64,000 bases of DNA from positions 2,656,001 through 2,720,000 of the forward strand of contig OY764159.1 of assembly GCA_963668175.1 (NCBI GenBank). Direction: 5' to 3'. Source of the stretch: Syntrophales bacterium. Lineage in GTDB: Bacteria; Desulfobacterota; Syntrophia; Syntrophales; PHBD01. The notes below the pieces were generated by a model that was not told where the DNA came from, did not search any database, and worked only from the letters and a program-made list of their open reading frames with translations. Shown here piece by piece: positions 19,521 through 29,001 of the stretch; position 1 is the stretch's first letter; every line of letters begins with the position of its first letter. A program made the translations under genes and the position numbers.

Positions 19521-20243
19521 TCAGAAGAGCCAGATGTGGTCCAGGTCCTCGCCGGATTTGCCTTCCGTCAGGCGTTCCCGGACGATCCGCGCGGGGCTTC
19601 CGGCCACGAGCATGTTGGGCGGGACGTCCTTCGTGACGACGGCATGGGTGGCGACGATGGCCTGAGCGCCGATCGTCACGCCGGGCAGGATGACCGCACC
19701 GGTGTAAACCTTCGCGTGGTCCCCGATGACGACGGGCTTGTAGATGCGCTCGATGTGGGACGACTCCGAGTGGGAATGGGTGAATATCCTGACGTCCTCG
19801 GCGAGGGCCACGTGGCTGCCGATGGTCACGCCCCCCTTGGAGTCGATGAAGACGCCGCGGTTGAAGAAGACGAAATCGCCCGCCGCGATGTTCTGCCCGA
19901 AGTTGAAGCGGGCGTTCTCCTCGGCGATGAAGCCGATGCCGCACTTCCTGAACAGCCGCCCGGCGACGAGCCTCCGGAAGAGGATGCTTAGGTTCGCGTT
20001 CAGGCAGACGGGGAGCTTGTCGACGGCGTCCCACAGGAAGTGGAGGCAGCGCTGCTCCGTCGTGAAGGGGAATTCGCGCCCCAGGGGGAGGAGTTCGCTG
20101 TACAGGGTCAGCTCCTCGAAGAACGACGGCGAATAGGCGGGCCCGTCCAGAATTTTCAGGATGCGCACGGCGCCCTCCGCGTCGAGGCCGGACGATAAAA
20201 CGGCTTCGATCTCTTCAAGCGTGCGGTCGATCACTTCCCCCAT
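19521..20243 (-). CDS. Hexapeptide-repeat O-acyltransferase
   Basis: GAVILPGVTIGAQAIVATHAVVTKDVP...GSPARIV. Confidence 0.9.
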   Translation of the reverse strand: MGEVIDRTLEEIEAVLSSGLDAEGAVRILKILDGPAYSPSFFEELTLYSELLPLGREFPFTTEQRCLHFLWDAVDKLPVCLNANLSILFRRLVAGRLFRKCGIGFIAEENARFNFGQNIAAGDFVFFNRGVFIDSKGGVTIGSHVALAEDVRIFTHSHSESSHIERIYKPVVIGDHAKVYTGAVILPGVTIGAQAIVATHAVVTKDVPPNMLVAGSPARIVRERLTEGKSGEDLDHIWLF

Positions 20244-20272
20244 GTTTACTCCTCCATTTCTTGTTTCTCTTC

Positions 20273-20305
20273 GTCGAGCTTCTTCAAAACCGGATCGCCG
20301 GCGGG
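20273..20305. repeat. 33-bp direct repeat, copy 1 (old 3' end of the yheU-like gene)
   Basis: gtcgagcttcttcaaaaccggatcgccggcggg, identical to 21108-21140. Confidence 0.9.
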
Positions 20306-20355
20306 AAGGTTTTTCCGTTCCGCGTGCAACCCCGCCGTCTGCTGCATTTATCGGG

Positions 20356-20934
20356 TCATGCGTTCAATCCGTCCGCGGCCATCTTCTCCGCCGCCGCTCG
20401 AACGGCTTCCAGCATGTACTTCCGGTTTTTCTGGGTGACGCCGATGAAATCGCACTGGGCGGAACTCAGGTCGAAATATTGCAGGTTGTTCATATGGAGG
20501 AACAGCTTTTCCATGGAGGCCAGGCAGTGGAGCGTGCCGACGCCCGTGCCGCCCGCGGCGGCGATGCAGATGAACGGCTTGCCCTGAACCCTGTTGCCGT
20601 CTTTCATGGCCTCGCATCTTCGCAGACGGTCGAACATCGCCTTGGCCGATTCGCTCATGTCCCACCAGTAGACGGGCGTGACCACGACGAACCCGTCAGC
20701 CTCGCCGATTTGTCCGTGAAGCGCCTGGAAGTCGTCCTTCACCTTGCAGATGCCTTTTTCCTTGCAGACGCCCCATCCGTCCCTGCATGCCTTGCATTTC
20801 GAGATGGAAAGGTCGTTCAGACGAACCGCGGCCGCTTCCGCGCCGCCGTCCGCAACACCCTGTTTGGCCGCCCTGCCGCAGGCCTCCGTCAAACCGTCCT
20901 TGTTGGGACTGCAGGTAATGATCATCACTTTCAT
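20356..20934 (-). CDS. Flavodoxin-family iron-sulfur flavoprotein
   Basis: MKVMIITCSPN, CKAC...C...C, TPVYW; GGAG RBS before 20934. Confidence 0.9.
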   Translation of the reverse strand: MKVMIITCSPNKDGLTEACGRAAKQGVADGGAEAAAVRLNDLSISKCKACRDGWGVCKEKGICKVKDDFQALHGQIGEADGFVVVTPVYWWDMSESAKAMFDRLRRCEAMKDGNRVQGKPFICIAAAGGTGVGTLHCLASMEKLFLHMNNLQYFDLSSAQCDFIGVTQKNRKYMLEAVRAAAEKMAADGLNA

Positions 20935-21077
20935 ATCGGCTCCAAATCGATAAATGTTCTTCACGGCTTCGCGGCCGCCGGGCCCGTTCCGCCGCGTTTG
21001 CGCGATTCTTCAAAAGGCCGCCCGAAACATCGCGCAAGGGCGGTCATCATAAACGATGCCGCATCCCGGCGCAAGCT

Positions 21078-21344
21078 TCATGTCCCGGAACCGGCCGTGT
21101 CCGGGGTGTCGAGCTTCTTCAAAACCGGATCGCCGGCGGGCAGGATGTTGACGCTTTCCGTTTCCCCGTCGAAGACGAGGACGGCGGCCCCGCGCAAAAG
21201 CTGCTCCTTCACCTGGTTGAACTTCGTCTCCCGCGACGCTTCGCGGGCGCCGTAGTCGGTCCCTTCGCGTGCGACGAACGCCTCGATAACGCCTGCCAGC
21301 GCCTCCGGCGAAAGCCTCTCTACGGGTATGATGTATCCGGCCAT
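21078..21344 (-). CDS. yheU: YheU (UPF0270) family protein
   Basis: IIPVERLSPEALAGVIEAFVAREGTDYG...VFD. Confidence 0.85.
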   Translation of the reverse strand: MAGYIIPVERLSPEALAGVIEAFVAREGTDYGAREASRETKFNQVKEQLLRGAAVLVFDGETESVNILPAGDPVLKKLDTPDTAGSGT

Positions 21345-21369
21345 GATATTGCTCTCAAACGTATCCTGT

Positions 21370-21440
21370 CATCGGAAGGCCGTGCCGCCGGCCATCGGAA
21401 GGCCGCGCCGCCTACCGTCGGAAGGCCGTGCCGCCTACCG
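21370..21440. repeat. Intergenic tandem repeat, 3 x ~23-24 bp
   Basis: tcggaaggccg(t/c)gccgcc repeated three times. Confidence 0.85.
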
Positions 21441-21459
21441 ATCGAAGCGCGAATCCCTC

Positions 21460-21843
21460 TCATTCCTCCGGGGCCTGCGGTTCCGCCTGGCCCTTTTTCC
21501 GGGGAAAGTGTCTGAAGACGACGACGCACGCGGCCACGTTCAGGGCGATGAGGACGATTCCCGGAAGGAGCGCCAGCGCCGTGTCAGCCACACCCTGATA
21601 GGGCCAGCCCTTCTTTTGCAGAGCTAGAACGGACAACGACCACGCCCCGGTAATGAACAGGGCCAGCGTGTAGACGAGATACTTCGACCACGGCTTGTCC
21701 CTGTAAAGGCCGTAAGCCGTGAAGAAGGCGTAGAACGTCCATACGAAGAGAAACGGATCGCGGCTTGTCGCCCTGTAGGCGGAATAGAGGCCGTACAGGC
21801 ACAGGAGCGCGATGACGAGCAGAATGGAAAGGGGTTTTTTCAT
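21460..21843 (-). CDS. Small 4-TM membrane protein
   Basis: Hydrophobic segments; GAGG RBS. Confidence 0.8.
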   Translation of the reverse strand: MKKPLSILLVIALLCLYGLYSAYRATSRDPFLFVWTFYAFFTAYGLYRDKPWSKYLVYTLALFITGAWSLSVLALQKKGWPYQGVADTALALLPGIVLIALNVAACVVVFRHFPRKKGQAEPQAPEE

Positions 21844-22102
21844 GTCGGGTCCTCGATTTCAAAATCTCGGAAGATGGTGCAACATCCCGGCGGAATTGTC
21901 AATGGCCCGGAGCAGAAAGCGCGGAAGACGGGGGAGGCGGGGACGGAAGTCAGTCTGGAGGGGAGGGCGGGGCAGCGGCGATTTCCCGGATGCCGGAAAA
22001 GAAGGCGTTGACAAGGAGTGAGCGCAGAAGATATTCTTTCATGGATAAGGATGGAATCGGGCCTTCGGCCCATTGAAAATATTCACGGAAGGAGAAAGAT
22101 CG

Positions 22103-23533
22103 ATGAGGAAGAAAATCGGGTTGTCTATGTTCGGCATCGTCTGCGCCCTGTCGGCCCTGTGCCTGGCGACGGGGGCATTTGCGGCGCCCGCGCCGCAGGC
22201 GGAGAAGGTCGATGTCGTGGTCGTGGGCGGCGGGATCGCGGGATTGACGGCGGCCGTAGCCGCAGCCGAGAACGGCGCGAAGGTCGTTCTGCTTGAGAGG
22301 ACGGCGCTTCTGGGCGGCAACTCCCTGCTCTCCACGGGGTCCCTTTATCTGGGCGCAACGAGCATCCAGAAGGAGGCGGGCGTCAAGGATACGCCGGACG
22401 AGTTCTACAAGGAAGCGATGGCCGCGAGCGACAACAAGCGCGATCCCGTCCAGACGCGGTTGATCGCCGACCTGGGCGGTCCGCTGGTCGACTGGTACAT
22501 CGGCCTGGGCGTCAAGTTCGAGAAGAAGGTGCGCGTGACCATGGGCAGCATGACGCCGCGCCAGCACACGCCCGTCGGTAACGCCCCCGGCCTGATCAAA
22601 GGCCTGGCCGAGGCGGCGAAGAAGAAGGGCGTCCGCATCATGCTCGACACGCGGGCCACGAAGCTGATCACGGGCAAGAACGGCGCCGTCGCGGGCATCG
22701 AGGCGGCGCGCGGCAGCCGGGCGCTGCGATTCGATACGCCCACGGTCGTCCTGGCGACGGGCGGGTTCGGAGCCAATCCGGAACTCGTGAGGAAACTCAT
22801 ACCGGACCAGGCGGACGCGATCTACGCCGGGCATCCGGGGACGACGGGCGACGGCCTGGTCATGGCAATGGACAAAGGGGCCGACGTGGTCGACATCGAC
22901 GTGCCGTGGCTCACGCCGACCGTCCAGATCGACCAGAAGCAGCTCATCACGTCCAACGTGATTTCCAAGGGCGGCATCCTGGTCGATTCGAAGGCGCAGC
23001 GCTTCACCGACGAGGCGGCGTCCTACGAGAAGGCCGCCAGGGCGGTCGTCAAGACGGGGGAACCCTTCGTCTACGAGATCTACGACGAGAACGTGACGGA
23101 GCAGGTTTACCGCATCGCCGACTACCGGAAGCAGGGCATGGTCATGGAGGCCCGGACGTGGGACGAACTGGCCGGGAAGGTCGGGCTCGATGCGGCGGCG
23201 CTGAAGCAGACGATAGCCGAGTACAACGCGGCCGTGGAGAAGAAGAACGACAAATTCGGCCGCCAGATGTTCGGCAAGAAGCTGGAGAAGCCGCCCTTCG
23301 GCATCATCAAGGTGAAGCCGGGCACGATCATGACGCCGGGCGGCCTCAGGATCGACAAGGACATCCGCGTGGTCAAAAAGGACGGCTCCGTCATTCCGGG
23401 GCTCTATGCCGCGGGCGAAGTGACGGGCGGCTACCGGGCCTACGGGTACATCGGCGGAGATTCGCTGGCGCACGGCGCGGTCACGGGCATGGTGGCCGGG
23501 AAGAACGCCGCCGCCTTCGCGAAGAAGAAGTAA
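22103..23533 (+). CDS. Exported flavocytochrome-c-type FAD oxidoreductase, flavin subunit
   Basis: Signal peptide; DVVVVGGGIAG, GGNS, VVLATGGF, IPGLYAAGEVTGG. Confidence 0.9.
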   Translation: MRKKIGLSMFGIVCALSALCLATGAFAAPAPQAEKVDVVVVGGGIAGLTAAVAAAENGAKVVLLERTALLGGNSLLSTGSLYLGATSIQKEAGVKDTPDEFYKEAMAASDNKRDPVQTRLIADLGGPLVDWYIGLGVKFEKKVRVTMGSMTPRQHTPVGNAPGLIKGLAEAAKKKGVRIMLDTRATKLITGKNGAVAGIEAARGSRALRFDTPTVVLATGGFGANPELVRKLIPDQADAIYAGHPGTTGDGLVMAMDKGADVVDIDVPWLTPTVQIDQKQLITSNVISKGGILVDSKAQRFTDEAASYEKAARAVVKTGEPFVYEIYDENVTEQVYRIADYRKQGMVMEARTWDELAGKVGLDAAALKQTIAEYNAAVEKKNDKFGRQMFGKKLEKPPFGIIKVKPGTIMTPGGLRIDKDIRVVKKDGSVIPGLYAAGEVTGGYRAYGYIGGDSLAHGAVTGMVAGKNAAAFAKKK

Positions 23534-23585
23534 ACCGCGCATCCGGTCGATTTCCGGATACGGCGATAGCCTTGACTGGAAACAG

Positions 23586-23612
23586 AACGGGGGCCCGACG
23601 GGCCCCCGTTTT
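23586..23612 (+). terminator. Intrinsic terminator
   Basis: aacgggggccc-gac-gggcccccgtttt. Confidence 0.75.
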
Positions 23613-23693
23613 CAGTCTGAGGAGATAGACTTGAGATAAGTGCGAAATCTACGGGAACGACAACAGAGTCCGATACCGCATTAACGTGCTTGC

Positions 23694-24248
23694 CTATTGG
23701 CAGATTTTGATATCCATCCCTGCACAGCCGCCCGGCTTCATTTCGCGGGCGCAATTGAATTCATACCGGGTTCCGCTCCACTGCCAGACGGCAAAACAGT
23801 GACCCTGTCCGGTTATCAAGAGATCCGGGAAACCATTCCTTTGCGTTGCAAGTATTTTGTAAGATCCTGGGAAATCGAGATTTTTCAGGTAAATTCCCTG
23901 GCGATCCTTAATGAACAGCGCGACCGACCGCCATGTCATGCCGGATGTATGGATGTTTCCCCAGTCGATAAAGACTTCCTCCACACCGTCTTTATTGAGG
24001 TCGACGATGACGACACGCGGAGAAACGTCGCCGTAGAATTTTTGCTCGATCTTCTTTTTGTCCCAGGATAAGCGAAACTCCATTTTATCGTATATCTGCT
24101 CTTTCTCCTGCCGGGTCAGCTTCGATTTCGTGCCTTGAAAGAGAAGTTCGCAACCCTCCGCTGCCAGGCACGCACCATGGAATGCAACAGGGAAAACGAT
24201 TGCGGCAATGAGGAAAAAGACTGTTTTCATGTCGATCTTCGGAAACAA
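23694..24248 (-). CDS. Exported hypothetical protein with a DLNKDG calcium-binding-like motif
   Basis: Signal peptide; VDLNKDGVEEVF and NGFPDL motifs; GGAGG RBS. Confidence 0.8.
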   Translation of the reverse strand: MFPKIDMKTVFFLIAAIVFPVAFHGACLAAEGCELLFQGTKSKLTRQEKEQIYDKMEFRLSWDKKKIEQKFYGDVSPRVVIVDLNKDGVEEVFIDWGNIHTSGMTWRSVALFIKDRQGIYLKNLDFPGSYKILATQRNGFPDLLITGQGHCFAVWQWSGTRYEFNCAREMKPGGCAGMDIKICQ

Positions 24249-24287
24249 GAATCGCGCCTCCTTCGTGAACCGCTCGGCTTAAACAAG

Positions 24288-25235
24288 TTATGGTGTCTCA
24301 GTCTTTTGCTCATTCCCCGCCCGGGGCTTATAGCGATAAAGATTATACGACCCGAAAATGAAGTAGATTCCTATAATGATGCATAACACTTTTTGAACGA
24401 TTTGATACTGAGCTGAAACGGCAAAGATGCCGACGGCCAGCGCACCCAGCCCGGAGATGAGCAGGGAAAGGATCATGACCCAGAATGCTTTGACATTCTT
24501 ACGATAAACAAACACGGATACGATTCCATAGAAAACAAATGCAAAAAAAGAAAATAATAAAATGAAGCCGGCCAGACGACGATACGGCAAAAGAAATTTC
24601 AACATGAAAGGTAAGAATAGCAAGTAAGCAATCGATATCGTCGGGATCGCGCTTAGAAATTTCACTTTCAGCATCCAACTGACGAAAATCATGCCTGCAA
24701 TCAGGATCGTTAATAAGGTCATCCCTTTATGGAAAGAAAAGAGAAGCGAATCGGTGCCCATGACGACGAGCCGGCGGTACGGCAGAGCGGATCTGCATTC
24801 GTAAACCAGACCCAGGTTTTCAAATTCGACTTGGGAAACGATCCAGGGATCAAGATAGTATACATTCGTGCTCTTGAATTTAGCGCCCTTTTCCAGGGCA
24901 ACGCCATTCACGAGCAGGATGTCGTCCTTCCTTTCCAAGACTATTTTCGCGCCGTAGGTTGCAATCTCCAGGGTATCCGTGCGCGAACTTTCATTAAGAC
25001 ATCCTCCGCCTCTGAAATTGAACCTTTCCGTATTTAAAAAAGCCTGAATCCGGGCGCCTGATATGGCCCTGCTATGCGTTTCATTTCGAATGCAGTCCTT
25101 TTCATGAACAACCGTGCAGGGCTCATCGGCAAAACCCCCGAAATTAAGATGATAGACCGCAGTCAATACAATATTGCCAATCGAGACCAATGCGATCAGG
25201 TATAAAATTTTATATGGCCAGTGGATGAGTTTCAT
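24288..25235 (-). CDS. AT-rich multi-pass membrane protein
   Basis: 315-aa ORF with N-terminal TM, soluble loop and ~5 C-terminal TMs. Confidence 0.75.
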   Translation of the reverse strand: MKLIHWPYKILYLIALVSIGNIVLTAVYHLNFGGFADEPCTVVHEKDCIRNETHSRAISGARIQAFLNTERFNFRGGGCLNESSRTDTLEIATYGAKIVLERKDDILLVNGVALEKGAKFKSTNVYYLDPWIVSQVEFENLGLVYECRSALPYRRLVVMGTDSLLFSFHKGMTLLTILIAGMIFVSWMLKVKFLSAIPTISIAYLLFLPFMLKFLLPYRRLAGFILLFSFFAFVFYGIVSVFVYRKNVKAFWVMILSLLISGLGALAVGIFAVSAQYQIVQKVLCIIIGIYFIFGSYNLYRYKPRAGNEQKTETP

Positions 25236-25639
25236 TTCTCAAATTACGCAAATGATGGGATAGACGGTTCAACTCGACGCCTGCCCTCCGAACCTCCGTT
25301 GCGAATCGCCGTCGACGGCCGCGCCGCGGTGGCAAAAGAACATCATGAACATCCATTTTTGAAATATGGAAGATATTAATGACGATATGTATAAAATGCA
25401 ACTATAAAATATGAATCATGATAGCATAACAATGGTTGTCGGCGGATTGTGTCGGCGACCCTGGATGCAGGCATCGGTTGGAAATAACGGCTGGAAAGGT
25501 CGGGAGCTTGCGTGAATTGAAGCGTGCTTGTTTGCGGCAAACAGCTGCGAAAGGCCCGCACGGCGGAGGGCGGGACAAGGCCGACCGCCGGGCGGGATTG
25601 TTCGTCGTGAGGACAGACCTGGATAGAATTAATACGGCG

Positions 25640-26122
25640 TTACAGTTTCCCCCGGCGGGAAGACCAGATGGGGCCGCCGTTCTTATGGCCGCAAGTCCCG
25701 CGGTAGATAACGAGATCCCCGTCGTCCTGCACGGAGAGGAAAAAATGCCCCGCCGGTCCGTAGGTCCGGGACGACCAGATGCTCAGTTCCGTCCGCGCCG
25801 GCGGACGTCCCTTGTAGATGACGAGGTTGCCGTCCTCCTGCATGGCCATATAATACTGGCCCTGCTCGCGGTACGTATGGCTGTGCCAGACGGCGCAACT
25901 AGGATTGCCGACGCAGCTGCCTTTGTACAGCACGAGGTTCCCGTCCGACTGCATGGTCAGGACGTAAGCGCCGTTGGGCGACACGACGCTTTCCCCCTCG
26001 AACAGGTAGGATTTGTGGTTCGGCGGCGACGCCGTGAGGAATATGCCTTCGGCTGCGGCGCAGACCTGGGCGGCCAACAGCGTCCACATAAAAACGGCCG
26101 CGACGATCAATGCTTTTTTCAT
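25640..26122 (-). CDS. Exported bulb-type (B-lectin) mannose-binding lectin domain protein
   Basis: Three QxDxNxVxY-type sites: MQSDGNLVLY, MQEDGNLVIY, VQDDGDLVIY. Confidence 0.92.
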   Translation of the reverse strand: MKKALIVAAVFMWTLLAAQVCAAAEGIFLTASPPNHKSYLFEGESVVSPNGAYVLTMQSDGNLVLYKGSCVGNPSCAVWHSHTYREQGQYYMAMQEDGNLVIYKGRPPARTELSIWSSRTYGPAGHFFLSVQDDGDLVIYRGTCGHKNGGPIWSSRRGKL

Positions 26123-26161
26123 GACTGCCTCCGTGTTGTCTTAGAGTTATTCGGGGGCCGC

Positions 26162-26800
26162 CTACTGGATGCGGTCCATGGTTACGTTTCCGGAGGCCGG
26201 CTGGCTGTCGGCCCACACGCCCGTCGCCCGCCTGCAATCGCCGGAAAGGGTGAAGTCGTAATAGCCCTTAACGCGCCCGTCGGCCGTCACGTAATTCAGG
26301 CGCACGGAATTGCCGTTCTGCACGGCGGTGCCGTGGGCGTTTCCGTAGCCCTGTTCCTGGGCCTGGAACCGGCCGTTGCCCATGGGCGTGAAGGTCCAGC
26401 GGCCGTCCCCGTTACGCCACACGCCCGCAACCTGGCAGGAGCCGCCGGCGCGGACCAGGCGCGCATGCCCCCCCGCCGGGCGGCTGTCCTGGTACTTTCC
26501 GTCGGCCGACTGTCCGTCCGCCGAGAGGGTGACGTCGTAAAGGCCGGTCACGGCTCTGTCGAGCGTCGCATAGACGAGGACGAGGCGGTTGCCGATCACG
26601 ACGGCCGTGCCCCTGGCATTGCCGAATCCGTGTTCGACGGCGCGGTACGTCCCTTCGCCGGTCGCCGTGAAAGTCCACGTTTCGCCGGACGCCCCGTGTT
26701 TCCAGACGCCGGAAATATCCGCGGCGGAGGCGGACGATACCGCCATCGACAAGGTAAATAGCGCGAAGACGATCAGTCTTACATAAGATGTACGGCTCAT
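26162..26800 (-). CDS. Exported protein with two tandem ~90-aa beta-rich domains
   Basis: Signal peptide; GVW...WTFT...GNAxGTAV...G(L/Y)YD.TLS occurs twice. Confidence 0.85.
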   Translation of the reverse strand: MSRTSYVRLIVFALFTLSMAVSSASAADISGVWKHGASGETWTFTATGEGTYRAVEHGFGNARGTAVVIGNRLVLVYATLDRAVTGLYDVTLSADGQSADGKYQDSRPAGGHARLVRAGGSCQVAGVWRNGDGRWTFTPMGNGRFQAQEQGYGNAHGTAVQNGNSVRLNYVTADGRVKGYYDFTLSGDCRRATGVWADSQPASGNVTMDRIQ

Positions 26801-27104
26801 ACAAATTCCTTTCTCGTGATTTACGGTGTTGCGGATTATTTTAAACGGGAAAATCTCCCGTTTCAAAGCCTGCTTCATGCCCGGATGGGCGGCATTATAA
26901 GGGACTCATGAAGCGAAAGCAACGGTAAAGGGCGCTTGAAGAAGAAAAAACGGGACGGCGGACGGCATGGACGGGATCGCGACGACGCCCGGAAGCGGGC
27001 ATAAGGTACGGGCCGGACTGAAAACGATCGAATACGGCCCTTGCGTTTGCAGGAATGAGGAGTAGAATATGAGCATATCCTACTAAACAGCAAGGAGGTG
27101 CTTT

Positions 27105-27491
27105 ATGGCGAAGGACAGAAAAACAGGTCTTATCCTTGTGGCGATTTGCATGTTTTTTCTTGTAACGGCGCTTTCGGGCTGCGACCGTTCGCCCAAGGTG
27201 TATTGCACCGAAAGCGAAGACGGCACGGATTACAAGGAGACGGGGCTCACCCTGAAAGACGTTATGAAGCATCTGGAAAAAAACAAGATAGCGTATAAGT
27301 ACGACGAAAAAGAGAAGGTGCTTTACTTCCAGACGGCCCGGATCTATTTCAAGGATCACGCATCGGGCCTCGTCGCCTACAAGGCGAGACAGCCCCAGAC
27401 GAAAATTGAAAACCCGGACCTTGCGCCGTTCCGGCCCCAGGGGGAATTTGTCCTCGATCCCTGCAAGCTTCTGGCGTTGATAAAGAGATGA
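27105..27491 (+). CDS. Lipoprotein
   Basis: Lipobox LSGC; AGGAGG RBS. Confidence 0.8.
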   Translation: MAKDRKTGLILVAICMFFLVTALSGCDRSPKVYCTESEDGTDYKETGLTLKDVMKHLEKNKIAYKYDEKEKVLYFQTARIYFKDHASGLVAYKARQPQTKIENPDLAPFRPQGEFVLDPCKLLALIKR

Positions 27492-27602
27492 TCGGCTGCG
27501 CGGCCTTGCCGCCGGAGACGATGAAAAGAGAATCGCATATGAAGGTGCGGCAAAAATAAACGGGAGGCGCGCCATGGGAAAGCATGGCCGAAAAAGACAG
27601 AA

Positions 27603-27965
27603 ATGAATTCCGATTCCAGAAACATTCCCTACCGGACCATCGATTGGTCGAAGATCCCGAGAACGGAGCATAAGGGCGAAACGGGCGTCGCCTGGTGGCG
27701 GACCGTGCAGTTCCCCGGTTTGCGGGTCCGTATCGTCGAATACTCCGAGGGCTACATGGCCGATCACTGGTGCAGGAAGGGACATATCGTCCACTGCCTT
27801 CAGGGAACGTTGACGAGCGAGCTTGAGAACGGCGAAACGCACGTGTTGAAGGAGGGGATGACGTATGTCGTGTCCGACGAGCTCAGCTCCCATCGATCGA
27901 TTACGAAAGACAGGGTCGTCCTCATGATCGTCGACGGGGATTTCCTCCGGTACCGGGAAGAATGA
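27603..27965 (+). CDS. DHCW-motif cupin fold protein
   Basis: EHKGETG...ADHWCRKGHI. Confidence 0.9.
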   Translation: MNSDSRNIPYRTIDWSKIPRTEHKGETGVAWWRTVQFPGLRVRIVEYSEGYMADHWCRKGHIVHCLQGTLTSELENGETHVLKEGMTYVVSDELSSHRSITKDRVVLMIVDGDFLRYREE

Positions 27966-28162
27966 CATTCAGGACGTTTTATTCCTCGCGGGGCTTGCGG
28001 GTGCCGTTTCGCGACGCGAATGAATACCCTGGAAAACGCGGGCGCAACCGCGGCGGAGCGTGCGGCAGGTGACCGTCCCGGCCGCAGGGCCTGTTCTGAA
28101 GATTCGCCGCGCCGTCGTCGGCGGGCAATGCGTATCCGTCCGGCGGGACTTTCTCTTCGCCG

Positions 28163-28810
28163 CTATCGCAGGAGAGCGGGGAAGGCCTGCTTCAGGGCGC
28201 TGAAGATGAAGTGCACGCCCATGGCCACGATGAAGATCTGAAGAACTCGGCCGATGGCGACCGTTCCGACCCGCCCCATGATTCCCAGCAGCCTGTCCGA
28301 CCAGTGCAGCACGGCCATCACGAAGACGAAGGCCACGGCGCCTGCGGCCACGCCGTAAAGAATGCCGTGGTGATCGACAATCAGCATGACCGTAACGATG
28401 CTGCCCGGACCCACCAGCAGGGGAAAGGCGATGGGGCTGACCGCCAGGGTGACTTCACGCTCGGCCTCTTCCGCCGGACTCTTGTCGGAAGCCCTGTGCA
28501 TCGTCTGCCGCGTATGGGCCATGATATTGGAGATGCCGAGCACGACGAGCAGCAGTCCGCCGCCGAAGGTGAACTCGGGAATGCTGATGCGGAAGATGTC
28601 GCGCATGAGATATTTGCCCACGAGCGCAAAGACCAGGATGATGCAGAAGGCGACCAGGCCCGCCAGGTGAAAGAGCCTGCGTTTCTCGCGGGCGGGAACG
28701 TCCTCGGTCAATCCGGCAAAGAGCGGCAGGTTGCCCAGGGGGTTCACGATGACGAAGATGTTGATGACCGCCTCGGCAAAACCGGCAAGGTCGGATTGGA
28801 TCGTGTCCAT
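28163..28810 (-). CDS. MarC family membrane protein
   Basis: VNPLGNLPLF and PIAFPLLVGPGSI motifs. Confidence 0.92.
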   Translation of the reverse strand: MDTIQSDLAGFAEAVINIFVIVNPLGNLPLFAGLTEDVPAREKRRLFHLAGLVAFCIILVFALVGKYLMRDIFRISIPEFTFGGGLLLVVLGISNIMAHTRQTMHRASDKSPAEEAEREVTLAVSPIAFPLLVGPGSIVTVMLIVDHHGILYGVAAGAVAFVFVMAVLHWSDRLLGIMGRVGTVAIGRVLQIFIVAMGVHFIFSALKQAFPALLR

Positions 28811-29001
28811 CGTTTCACTCCAAACGTTTCGGCAATCGGCGGGCCTGTCGCAAATAAGCCGCGTCCGCTGACCTCGTCAAAAAATTTCGCATATTTCTCA
28901 CGATCCGTCAACGGGAGCCTGCGGAATCGCGCCGGTCCTCGAACCCGGGAATCGGGGGCGGTCCACGATGCGGCCGATCGTCCGTTTTGCCCGGCGGAAG
29001 A

